From contig JBFRWD010000062.1 of the NCBI GenBank assembly GCA_051439425.1, forward strand, positions 1 through 21,656: a stretch of 21,656 bases of DNA, given 5' to 3'. Each line of letters starts with the position of its first letter. Position 1 is the stretch's first letter. The position numbers and the translations under genes were made by a program. The notes below the pieces were generated by a model. The model was not told the origin of the DNA and did no database searches. It saw nothing but the letters and a program-made list of their open reading frames with translations. The stretch comes from Synechococcus sp. GTDB taxonomy: Bacteria > Cyanobacteriota > Cyanobacteriia > Thermostichales > PCC-7336. This document shows positions 7,930 to 16,439 of the stretch, one piece after another.

Positions 7930-8823
7930 ATGACCGAACGTATACTCGTCTTCGGCGAGGTTCTGTTTGACTGCTTTCCCGATAACCGACAAGTGTTAGG
8001 GGGAGCTCCGTTTAACGTAGCTTGGAATCTACAGGCGTTCGGTCGATCGCCATTGTTTATCTCCCGTGTTGGGGCAGATGACTTGGGAGCTAAAGTTCGT
8101 CATGCCATGACAGCCTGGGGTATGGACACCTCTGGTTTGCAAATAGGCAGCAAGCGCTTGACAGGGGCTGTAGACGTTCAATTACAGAGGAGCGAGCCTA
8201 GCTATACGATCCTGCCAGACCGCGCCTTCGACTTTATCGATGCTCGGCAGTTGCCGAGCTTTTCTTCAGACTGCATCCTCTACCACGGCACGTTGGGGGT
8301 GCGCAATTTTGAATCGGAAGAATCTCTCGAAACGATTTACAGCCGCATTGTGACGGAAACGCCCCGTCCCAAAATTTTTGTAGATGTCAATTTGCGGGCC
8401 CCGTGGTGGACTCCAGAATTGGTAGATAAATGGCTAAGTCGAGCCAGCTGGCTGAAGGTAAGCGAAGCAGAGTTGCAGGCCATCGTGCCGGATGGAGAGT
8501 CGCTAGAGGAGCGCATTACTCACATTGTAGAGGCCTTGCTGCTAGAAGTGCTGATTGTCACCCGTGGCGAATTGGGGGCGATCGCTGTTTCTGCTGACGG
8601 CACGTGCATCGAGCAGGTATCCTCGCTCACCTTGGATGTCGTGGACACAGTGGGGGCTGGAGATGCATTTAGTAGCGTGTTGCTGTTGGGAATGGCGAAC
8701 GGATGGCCGCTAACGTTATCGATGCAACGGGCGCAGGAATTTGCCAGTGCTGTTGTAGGGATTCGAGGGGCCACATCCAGCGATCGCAAGTTTTACGAAG
8801 CATTTTCGGCCATGTGGCATTAG
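7930..8823 (+). CDS. PfkB family carbohydrate kinase (fructokinase-like)
   Basis: FGEVLFD, GGAPFNVA, DVNLR and the PfkB signature VDTVGAGDAF. Confidence 0.92.
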   Translation: MTERILVFGEVLFDCFPDNRQVLGGAPFNVAWNLQAFGRSPLFISRVGADDLGAKVRHAMTAWGMDTSGLQIGSKRLTGAVDVQLQRSEPSYTILPDRAFDFIDARQLPSFSSDCILYHGTLGVRNFESEESLETIYSRIVTETPRPKIFVDVNLRAPWWTPELVDKWLSRASWLKVSEAELQAIVPDGESLEERITHIVEALLLEVLIVTRGELGAIAVSADGTCIEQVSSLTLDVVDTVGAGDAFSSVLLLGMANGWPLTLSMQRAQEFASAVVGIRGATSSDRKFYEAFSAMWH

Positions 8824-8905
8824 TGGTTTGTTGGGCTTGCTGTGCATATGTGCTGCAGCAAGCCTACTGACAATCGCTCGCTCGTGACGTTTCGCTAGCC
8901 CAGTG

Positions 8906-9217
8906 TTAGCCCAGTAGTCCCCATCCAAACACGACAGCAGCAATTGCACTCACAATGCCCATCAATCCGGCTGGCATAAATTTCCCCGTTTTTTTCAATC
9001 TCATCAAGAAGACTGCGCACAACGCAATCGCGCATCCCAGAGCGATCGCCAATCCCCCAGTTGGGTTGGCTCGACTCACGATATAGGCCACCACCAATAA
9101 GGCAGCACTGCCCAAGCCGCTCAACAACGAGACCTTGCTCTTGCTCTTCAGAAAACCAATCCCTCCGCCAATCGCGACAAACACGGCGTAGGCAAGAATA
9201 AAGGGAATAAAGGTCAT
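8906..9217 (-). CDS. TMEM14 family small membrane protein
   Basis: 103 aa, hydrophobic, with YA..VAIGGGIGFLKSKSKVSLLSG and KFMPAGL motifs. Confidence 0.85.
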   Translation of the reverse strand: MTFIPFILAYAVFVAIGGGIGFLKSKSKVSLLSGLGSAALLVVAYIVSRANPTGGLAIALGCAIALCAVFLMRLKKTGKFMPAGLMGIVSAIAAVVFGWGLLG

Positions 9218-9574
9218 GGGGAATAACTCTCAAAGAGTACGTTGCAGTTGTGCGAGAACGTTTAGATCGAAAAACGTATGGAGGAGAAGACAACATACGG
9301 AACTGAGGTGATGGTAGCGCTAGTAGCGCGCTCTAGCCGACTAAATAGAGATTCGCGGCTGCTTATCCGCGACATATCGTACTTGCCATTTCAGTTAGGA
9401 CAGAGGTTCCAATCGCAGTCAGCTCTAGACATCGCTGAAATGTCCGCAGTGGTATGGCCACTGCTATACCCGATCGGCACTTTCTTTTGTCGTTTCTGAA
9501 TTCGAAACCGAGATAGATAGCTGGGAAAAGTCCGCCACAGTAAGGTTGCGCACTCGAACGATAGGAGTTGAGCG

Positions 9575-10573
9575 ATGAGTCGCCTGCAATCCATCAAACC
9601 CATTAGTCCCATCAAATTACTAGCTCCCATCAAATTATTAGCTCCCATCAAGACGATCGGACTGGCCGCACTTGCGGGCACAGCATTGATTGTGGGCTGC
9701 GCAAGGCTATCCCAGAACTCACAGGGAGACGCAGATGTACTGTATGCGCAACCGCTTGCAGAAGAAGCATTGGTCAATCAGTCGCGATCGCTAGCCCCGA
9801 CGGACAATATTGCAGGTGTTGTTGCCGATGCCGAACTCACTCCCACCAGTTCGAATGTTGCTCCCAATCGTCCCCAACTGATTCGGACGGCTCAGATGAC
9901 AGTGGTCATAGATTCGCTGGACGAGACATTGGATCGAGTGGGTGAAATCTTGGGTCAGCACGATGGAGAAATCCTATCGCTGTATGAATCCACCCCCATT
10001 CGCGAGGGGGATCGCCACTCTGCCCACCTGCAACTGCGAGTCCCGCAGGCCCAATTAGATGCAGCGGTAGAATCCCTCAATGCGATCGGCAATGTTAGCT
10101 CCCAGAGCATTACAGCAGAAGATGTTTCCGCCCAAATCGTAGACTACGAAGCCCGATTGAGAAATTTACGTCGGGGAGAAGAAACCGTATTGGCGCTGTT
10201 TGAGCGCTCGGGCCGCTTAAGCGATGCTCTGGAAGTTTCTCGGGAGTTGAGCAATATTCGCTCTCAAGTCGAACAGACTGAAGCGCAGTTAAGCTACCTG
10301 CAAACTCGGGTGACGTACTCTCACATCACCGTGCAATTAGAGACGGCTCTCGCTGCCGTTCCCAACGAGCGATCGCTGTCTACTCAATTGAAAAATGCTT
10401 GGCAGCAATCCACCCACTCGTTAGGCACCTTGATGGTGAGCATTCTGGAAGGGGGAATTTGGGTGGTAGTGTACAGCCCCTTCTGGATTGCGATCGGGGT
10501 TGGGGCCACTGTAACGGTGGTTCAGTTGAAACGTTGGCGTCGTAGCGCGTCCCAAGAACCTGTGGAGAGCTAG
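9575..10573 (+). CDS. DUF4349 domain lipoprotein
   Basis: Lipobox LIVGC, LIRTAQM, LRVP, EDVSAQIVDYEARLRNL coiled coil, YSHITVQL and a C-terminal TM helix. AGGAG RBS upstream. Confidence 0.85.
   Translation: MSRLQSIKPISPIKLLAPIKLLAPIKTIGLAALAGTALIVGCARLSQNSQGDADVLYAQPLAEEALVNQSRSLAPTDNIAGVVADAELTPTSSNVAPNRPQLIRTAQMTVVIDSLDETLDRVGEILGQHDGEILSLYESTPIREGDRHSAHLQLRVPQAQLDAAVESLNAIGNVSSQSITAEDVSAQIVDYEARLRNLRRGEETVLALFERSGRLSDALEVSRELSNIRSQVEQTEAQLSYLQTRVTYSHITVQLETALAAVPNERSLSTQLKNAWQQSTHSLGTLMVSILEGGIWVVVYSPFWIAIGVGATVTVVQLKRWRRSASQEPVES
9590..9652 (+). repeat. In-frame 18-bp tandem repeat (PIKLLA) in the signal-peptide N-region
   Basis: tccatcaaa cccattagt cccatcaaa ttactagct cccatcaaa ttattagct cccatcaag. 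Confidence 0.85.
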
Positions 10574-10602
10574 TTGTAGATGCAGAATGTAGAAAAACTC
10601 TG

Positions 10603-11190
10603 CTAGGAGTCGTTCTCTCCAGCGTCATCACCGGAGGATTCATCCACTGGTGATTCTTCGATGAGAGTTTCGTCAGCAATGTCTTGTACTGCCACAATTT
10701 CAACTAGCTCCACCGCAAAATTAAGTTCTTCGCCAGCAAGGGGATGGTTGGCATCCAACGTCACGGTCTCGTCATTGAGTTCGAGAACTTCCGCTTGAAT
10801 CGGAATATTGCCAGGGCCGACCAAGAAAACAGTGTCACCCACGGCCATATCCGGTGGCTCTTGCTCGGGCTCGCGGGTTCGCTGCATGACCAAATCGGGA
10901 TTTTGGGGGCCGTACCCGTCCTCGGGGGCCAATGTAAATTCAGTGGATTCTCCGACTTTTAACCCAGTCACACCACGATCGAATCCAGGGACCACATCAC
11001 CCGCTCCGAGGGTAAATTCCAGTGGAGTTCGGCCTTCAGAGGTATCGGCGATGGTGCCGTCGGACAGAGTCAGGGTGTAGTTCACTCGGACTACATCTCC
11101 AGACTGGGCCTCTTGCACTTGCAGGGTCGATCCGCATCCCACTAAGACAGTAAGCACCAACGTAGAGAGGAGCATTCCGATTCGGCGCAT
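10603..11190 (-). CDS. FKBP-type peptidyl-prolyl isomerase, SlyD/SlpA-like, with lipoprotein signal peptide
   Basis: GDVVRVNYTL, PLEFTLG, VVPGFD, PEDGYG and DANHPLAG motifs. N-terminus MRR-hydrophobic-LVGC; acidic tail. Confidence 0.9.
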   Translation of the reverse strand: MRRIGMLLSTLVLTVLVGCGSTLQVQEAQSGDVVRVNYTLTLSDGTIADTSEGRTPLEFTLGAGDVVPGFDRGVTGLKVGESTEFTLAPEDGYGPQNPDLVMQRTREPEQEPPDMAVGDTVFLVGPGNIPIQAEVLELNDETVTLDANHPLAGEELNFAVELVEIVAVQDIADETLIEESPVDESSGDDAGENDS

Positions 11191-11236
11191 GAAGACCTCA
11201 GTGTCAGTATGTGTTTATCCTAAACGCATGCCAGGA

Positions 11237-12121
11237 TTATCCTTGACTAGCCAGAACGCGCCGTTGTTTGAGGCACTCATCTTGCAGTTGCCCCAATCCC
11301 AAAAAACCGCGATCGCCCATAACCCTGACCAGATTTGGGTTGTCGGGTTGAGGGTGAGGGATTTTTTGGCCGCAGCACCAGCGATGCGCCAGCGATTCAT
11401 CTAGAGAAATAGCGGGTAGATGCTCGAACGCAGCAGCAATCGGCTGCAACATCTTTTCAGGATTGGTGCACTCAATTAGTTCTTCTAGGGTAATGCTGGT
11501 TTCCACCCCGAATGGTCCGCTGCGAGTGCGAAGCAGGTGACTCATCAATCCACCACACCCCAATGCCTGTCCCAAATCTCGGGCGATCGCCCGAATGTAT
11601 GTCCCGGTCCCGCAGTCAATCCGCACATCCAGTTCGGGAAAATCCCCCCCGCGCCAGGCGATGAGTTCGATAGCAGAGATGTGCACGGGGCGCGGTTGCA
11701 GTTGAAGCGACTCAATTGTGGCCCCTTCTCGGGCCAGTTCGTACAGTCGCTTGCCTTGGCGGCGGATGGCACTGTAAACCGGTGGAATTTGTTGAATGTC
11801 GCCGACAAATTGGGGCAGCGCAGCCCTGACTGCGCTCTCGTCGATGGCGATCGCTGAAGTCTCCTGCGTTACCTCTCCCGATGCATCATCCGTTGTACTG
11901 TTCTTCCCCAACACGAATGTCGCGCGATACGATTTCCCGTCAGGCAAAAACTGCAAAAATCGCGTTGCCCGACCGATCGCGACCGGTAACACCCCTGTTG
12001 CATCGGGATCGAGGGTGCCACCATGCCCCACCTGTCGAGTGTTAAAAATTCGCCTTAACTTCCCCACACAATCGTGAGATGTCCATCCTGCAGGCTTATT
12101 CAAATTGAGAAATCCGTCCAT
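11237..12121 (-). CDS. truB: tRNA pseudouridine(55) synthase
   Basis: GFLNLNKPAGWTSHD, GHGGTLDP, QIPPVYSA, GKRLYELAR and GTYIRAIARDLG. ATG at 12121. Confidence 0.97.
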   Translation of the reverse strand: MDGFLNLNKPAGWTSHDCVGKLRRIFNTRQVGHGGTLDPDATGVLPVAIGRATRFLQFLPDGKSYRATFVLGKNSTTDDASGEVTQETSAIAIDESAVRAALPQFVGDIQQIPPVYSAIRRQGKRLYELAREGATIESLQLQPRPVHISAIELIAWRGGDFPELDVRIDCGTGTYIRAIARDLGQALGCGGLMSHLLRTRSGPFGVETSITLEELIECTNPEKMLQPIAAAFEHLPAISLDESLAHRWCCGQKIPHPQPDNPNLVRVMGDRGFLGLGQLQDECLKQRRVLASQG

Positions 12122-12224
12122 GCTGGGCCGGGACTCCAAACTCCCGTGCCATCATATAGCCCTTGAGATTCCTAGTAAGACCTAACGCTCTTCACTCAGC
12201 CGATATCGTCTAGTGCGGCTACGA

Positions 12225-12629
12225 CTACAAGGCTGCGCTGAGGGCATCCACCGGGCAGGTGGGAATGCATTGCTCGCACATGACGCATCGATTGCGCAAG
12301 TATTCTAACTGAAAGCTACTAGGCTCCAATCGCAATGCCTCTGTGGGGCAGACTCCCGTACACAGACCGCAATCTACGCACAAGTCGCGATCGATTTGAA
12401 TCTCGCTGCTGCTCTCCGAAATGCTAATTCCTTGCGTTCGGGCCCATTCTAAGCTCGCCTCCACTTGGTCGATGTCACCCGACAGTTCGACAACAAGAGT
12501 CCCCACCTCATCAGGTGCCACTTGAGCCCGCACGATATTCGCAGCAACATCAAAATCACGAGCCAGACGATAAGTTACGGGCAAATTCACCACGTGACGA
12601 GGAAAAATCATGCTGACGCGCTTGCGCAT
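12225..12629 (-). CDS. NIL domain-containing 4Fe-4S ferredoxin-like protein
   Basis: N-terminal NIL-like region (PVTYRLARDFDVAANIVRA) plus two CxxCxxCxxxCP motifs. Confidence 0.9.
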   Translation of the reverse strand: MRKRVSMIFPRHVVNLPVTYRLARDFDVAANIVRAQVAPDEVGTLVVELSGDIDQVEASLEWARTQGISISESSSEIQIDRDLCVDCGLCTGVCPTEALRLEPSSFQLEYLRNRCVMCEQCIPTCPVDALSAAL

Positions 12630-12697
12630 GGCTAGTCAAAAGAACGTAGTTTTATTCTGGAAAAATTGCTGAGGAGTGGCAATGGTGGGGGAGGGGG

Positions 12698-12812
12698 ATT
12701 TGTCCTTGGTCATTGGCTCCTTGTGTTTACCCCCTCTACACAGCGGACTACGACTACTCATGTAACCAGTGACGAATGACCAATGCCCGTGACGTGTAAC
12801 CATTAACCATTA
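12698..12812. repeat. Degenerate heptamer (STRR-like) arrays in inverted orientation
   Basis: ttgtccttggtcattgg on the left versus aaccagtgacgaatgaccaatg and taaccattaaccattaa on the right. ttggtcatt (12706-12714) is the reverse complement of aatgaccaa (12775-12783). Confidence 0.55.
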
Positions 12813-12817
12813 ATTCC

Positions 12818-13132
12818 TCACCGATTCTCCAACTCCCTCACCTGGCGCTCTAGGCGATCCAGCCGCCCACGCAACTCATCCATCTCCGCTTGTCTAGGTA
12901 CCCCCCAGTCCTGCATCGTATTGCGAATCTGACGCTGCAGAACGGCTTCGAAGTTTTCCTGCTCGGTGCGAAATTGGGTCATGACCTTGTCGACCATTTG
13001 ACGAGCAGATTCAGGTTCGAGGCTGCCATTTTGCACTAAATCATCCACAGCCTTATTGAGTTGTTCCATCATCACACTTGTGGTGCCTACCCCCACCATC
13101 AAGAGTTGTCGAATTAAGCTGTTGGTATCCAT
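12818..13132 (-). CDS. Phasin-like (PhaF/PhaI-type) coiled-coil protein
   Basis: LLMVGVG, VDDLVQNGSL and C-terminal EMDELRGRLDRLERQV pattern typical of cyanobacterial phasin-family proteins. Confidence 0.75.
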   Translation of the reverse strand: MDTNSLIRQLLMVGVGTTSVMMEQLNKAVDDLVQNGSLEPESARQMVDKVMTQFRTEQENFEAVLQRQIRNTMQDWGVPRQAEMDELRGRLDRLERQVRELENR

Positions 13133-13355
13133 AGATCCTCAAACCACTGCTCTAGCTTTATTCTGTCAGACTACTCTTGCTCCACAAGGTTGGATGAGGC
13201 GACTCTATGGACGATTGTCCTCTCCTGCTGCCTAAATACATAAAGTGTTCTGCTTGAACTCGCCCTTCTTTTGACGGTGGTCTATATAGTGGTGGCGATA
13301 TCACCGAAGTCACGATGAGCCTGGCCACTCTGACCGGAACACTGGACCTTACGCT

Positions 13356-13685
13356 ATGCCCGATCGCATCACGTTCAATCTCGATAGCGGTGCCGTTAGC
13401 TTCGACTGCCCGCCCGAAACGATTCATCAACTAAATGCCACCCTCGATACTCTCAATCAACGTTTGAAAGCGGTGGCGATCGATCCCAAGTCCCCCCAAC
13501 CCTCCGTCGAGTTTCGTTACACCGATGGGATGCTGCTGGAGTTGTTCTGCAACCCCAATATTTGGCCATCCCCGTTTGCTGCCAAACTCAACATGACCTT
13601 AAAAACCGAGCGCGTTCGACTGTCCACAGAGTTATTGCTTTCGCAGATGCGTGAAGACATCAGCCAATTTTTGGAGAACCAGTGA
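13356..13685 (+). CDS. Conserved cyanobacterial hypothetical protein
   Basis: 109-aa ORF with an LELFCNPNIWPSPFAAK motif recalled from conserved cyanobacterial proteins. Stop overlaps the next start (GTGA). Confidence 0.8.
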   Translation: MPDRITFNLDSGAVSFDCPPETIHQLNATLDTLNQRLKAVAIDPKSPQPSVEFRYTDGMLLELFCNPNIWPSPFAAKLNMTLKTERVRLSTELLLSQMREDISQFLENQ

Positions 13686-14182
13686 ACCCACCATCTCCTC
13701 CCATTATTTCCGAGTTACCCAGTCCCTCTCCTACCCAGACACCCGCAGGACTGACTGCCCCAAACCAACCGCAGATTCCATCCGGGCAACTCGTTGAATG
13801 CGTGTGGCTTGATTGGCACGATCGGCGCAAAGTCAGACAGCGGGTGTGTAGCGATGCTGGAACGGAGCTGTGTTTGTCGTTGCCGCGTGGAACGGTGCTT
13901 GTGGATGGCCAAGCGCTGCTTCTCGAATCCAATCGCCACATCATCGTGCGAGCCAAATCCGAACCCTTGCTAGCCATCTCCCCCTCTACCCTCCAAGACG
14001 CCTGTCGCGTGGCCCATCACTTGGGGAACTGGCATCGTCCCATCCAAATCGATCCAGATGGCAAATTATGGGTGGCAAAAGATCGCCCGATCGTTGAGTG
14101 GCTGGAGCGTTCGCATATTCCATTTGAAGAACTTGACTCCCCCTTCGAACCCAACTCGATTGCCAACTCACACCATCACTAA
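13682..14182 (+). CDS. ureE: Urease accessory nickel chaperone UreE
   Basis: LDWHDRRKVRQR, LPRGTVLVDG, AHHLGNWH, PFEP and a His-containing tail SHHH. Confidence 0.88.
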   Translation: MNPPSPPIISELPSPSPTQTPAGLTAPNQPQIPSGQLVECVWLDWHDRRKVRQRVCSDAGTELCLSLPRGTVLVDGQALLLESNRHIIVRAKSEPLLAISPSTLQDACRVAHHLGNWHRPIQIDPDGKLWVAKDRPIVEWLERSHIPFEELDSPFEPNSIANSHHH

Positions 14183-14664
14183 TTCCCTCCCTACAGTTTC
14201 TTTCGCATCCCAGTTCATGTGTGTGCAAGCAGACACAGGTTCGTCAGTGGATTGTTTATGAGAGGACGTGACAGCGAGGCTACTCTGCTCTCATTTTCAC
14301 GAACACTGCTTTTCGACCGGGATCATTCTGCGAGTCGCAGCATTCCCAGCCCTCGCAACACCTGATTATTCGACACGTTCAAGCAGGACTAGCGCTAGGG
14401 GTTCTCAACCTTTACTATGTACCCGTAATCGTTAAGCTCTCTCAGAAAATCGTCATTGCGGCACCCTGTAGGGCTTACTATGTGAACATCTAGAAAAGAT
14501 ACGGCCGGATACGCAATATTCCTTAACAAAATCGACTGATTTTCTCAGGGATTTTGGCAGGGGCTGAATGAATCCGTGCTGGGTTTTCAACATAACAACC
14601 TGTCATTTATCTGGACTGCATAAGTCACTTCTATTCAAACTGTTGTTGCTGGGAGTAGCACCGA

Positions 14665-15960
14665 ATGAACTTTGGATCGACGTCGCGATTGGGACTTAGC
14701 CTCTACGAAACGTCCGCCCCCATCGAGCAGTGGCCGGGCCAATCAAGCGGAGATACAGCAGTCATTATTCGGGCGGTTTACAAACAGGTTCTGGGCAACG
14801 CCCACATTATGGATAGCGAACGCTTGGTTAGCGCAGAATCCAAATTTACGGACGGAGAGCTGAGTGTGCGAGAATTCGTCCGCGCTGTCGGTAAGTCTTC
14901 TCTGTATTCCTCTCTGTTCGGCGATCGCCCCCGTTTCCGCCAGATTGAATTGGGATACAAGCATTTTCTAGGGCGCGCTCCCAATAGCTACAGTGAAATG
15001 CAGGCCGGTACTGCTGTTCTCGATACTGGCAGCTTTGACAACCTGATCGACTTTTTTGTAGATAGCAACGAGTACGAGTCCACGTTTGGTAGCGATACTG
15101 TTCCTTACATCCGCGGCTACAAGACTGAAGCACTCAGCACTAATGCCGGTTTCTCGTACATGTTCGATTTGCTGCGCGGTCCCGCCACCAGCGATGCGGC
15201 GGTAGCCTCTGCACTAAATGGTGCCATTTCGAAAGAAAAGCCTCGGTCGATTTCACTCAGTTACCGCAAACCGACGATTTTGCCCTACGGCTCTCAACCT
15301 AGCTATCAGGTTCCAACAACATCTGCCGCAATTCCTACTGCTTCTGTGGATATACCCAGTCAACCTGCAACCGCCGCCCCCGAAAAGGCACCGCTGTTCT
15401 CGGGAGAATCCACCAGCAAGCTGGGTGTCTTCGGCCGCATTGTTAGCTTTGTAGAGCAACTAACTGGAGGTGATGGCAGTAGTGATGCGGCTGTAACAGC
15501 CTCGCAGTCGAAAGAAGAATTCTTCCTGGATCCGGACGACGCTCGCTCTTTGGGAGACGTCGAATACATGCGGGCTCCTAGAACGATTAAACGGACGTTC
15601 CCGAATGCTGCAAATCCCGAAAAGCCCCTGGAATTTGAAGCAGTTGTGACGGCGACCGAAAAAGTTATTTCGCCCGAAAAAGACAAGCCCACTGGCTTGC
15701 CGACAGCTGCACCTACCAAACCAAAGGACGTCAAAATTCCTGTGGTTACCGGAACTCCGGCGGCAACATCAACTGCCCCTGCATCCGTATCAGCAGTCTC
15801 TGCTTCGTTGATGGAATTTGGGACGACCGCCTCCAGAGCCGGTAAATCTGGGCCTTATGTGTCGATGTCGATGTCCCCCGAGGTATCTACTCGCCGCAAG
15901 AAAGATAACAGCCTTGACCTATTCCGTAAAATGGCCACTGACTTGCGCCGCAGCGAATAG
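14665..15960 (+). CDS. Phycobilisome rod-linker domain protein (CpeC/CpcC-like) fused to an ApcI/ApcG-like C-terminal module
   Basis: aa 1-175: SRLG, IIRAVYKQVLGN, ERLVSAES, SVREFVRAVGKS, KHFLGRAP, DSNEY..FG.DTVPY (PBS linker domain). C-terminal part: FFLDPDDARSLGDVEYMR..IKRTFP and RRKKDNSLDLFRKMA. Confidence 0.88.
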   Translation: MNFGSTSRLGLSLYETSAPIEQWPGQSSGDTAVIIRAVYKQVLGNAHIMDSERLVSAESKFTDGELSVREFVRAVGKSSLYSSLFGDRPRFRQIELGYKHFLGRAPNSYSEMQAGTAVLDTGSFDNLIDFFVDSNEYESTFGSDTVPYIRGYKTEALSTNAGFSYMFDLLRGPATSDAAVASALNGAISKEKPRSISLSYRKPTILPYGSQPSYQVPTTSAAIPTASVDIPSQPATAAPEKAPLFSGESTSKLGVFGRIVSFVEQLTGGDGSSDAAVTASQSKEEFFLDPDDARSLGDVEYMRAPRTIKRTFPNAANPEKPLEFEAVVTATEKVISPEKDKPTGLPTAAPTKPKDVKIPVVTGTPAATSTAPASVSAVSASLMEFGTTASRAGKSGPYVSMSMSPEVSTRRKKDNSLDLFRKMATDLRRSE

Positions 15961-15994
15961 AGAGTTCAGCTCTGAATAATTCTGCAAATCTGTT

Positions 15995-16023
15995 GGCTTC
16001 ACCACAATGGTGAAGCCTTTTTT
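15995..16023 (+). terminator. Rho-independent terminator of the linker gene
   Basis: Perfect 10-bp stem ggcttcacca-caa-tggtgaagcc followed by T6. Confidence 0.85.
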
Positions 16024-16399
16024 CTTTCGTGCTCCGAAAGTTCAACGTACATAGCAATCCGCTGTAAGGTCTGGAGTGTGAGGGAAGCTCAAACCCCAGT
16101 TCTTCCGAGAAAATGGCTAGAGGTTCCTCCATCGCTGATTGCAGAAAGCTATAGAGCCTGAAATGTTGAAGAACCGCTTGCAAACTTCTTTCTTCAATCG
16201 CAGTAGACAAATCCCAGATAGAAGTGTTCAGCACATTCGGTCGAAGTTACTGTTTGTATCGCCCAGATTTTCTGCTTTTTTTACGATCGCCAAGATACGA
16301 ATATTGCATCGATGACGCCTTCCTCGTTGCCCCGAATTCACAGCTTGAAACGGCAGACAAGATAAACCAAACAAACAATACCCAACCTTAGAGCGACGG

Positions 16400-16405
16400 T
16401 ATAAT
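16400..16405 (+). promoter_or_regulatory. Putative -10 box of the GT4 gene
   Basis: Consensus TATAAT ending 35 nt upstream of ATG 16440, with an A-rich tract upstream. Confidence 0.4.
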
Positions 16406-16439
16406 ATTCCATATTTCACCACTTGAAGCTCGAATCACC

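Noticed and set aside
8896..8915. Direct repeat tagcccagt x2 at the TMEM14 stop codon
   Set aside because: A short duplication with no element between the copies; too little evidence for a target-site footprint.
15887..16234. 115-aa minus-strand ORF after the linker gene
   Set aside because: It runs through the terminator and into the linker gene, with no motif recognised. A degraded remnant cannot be excluded.
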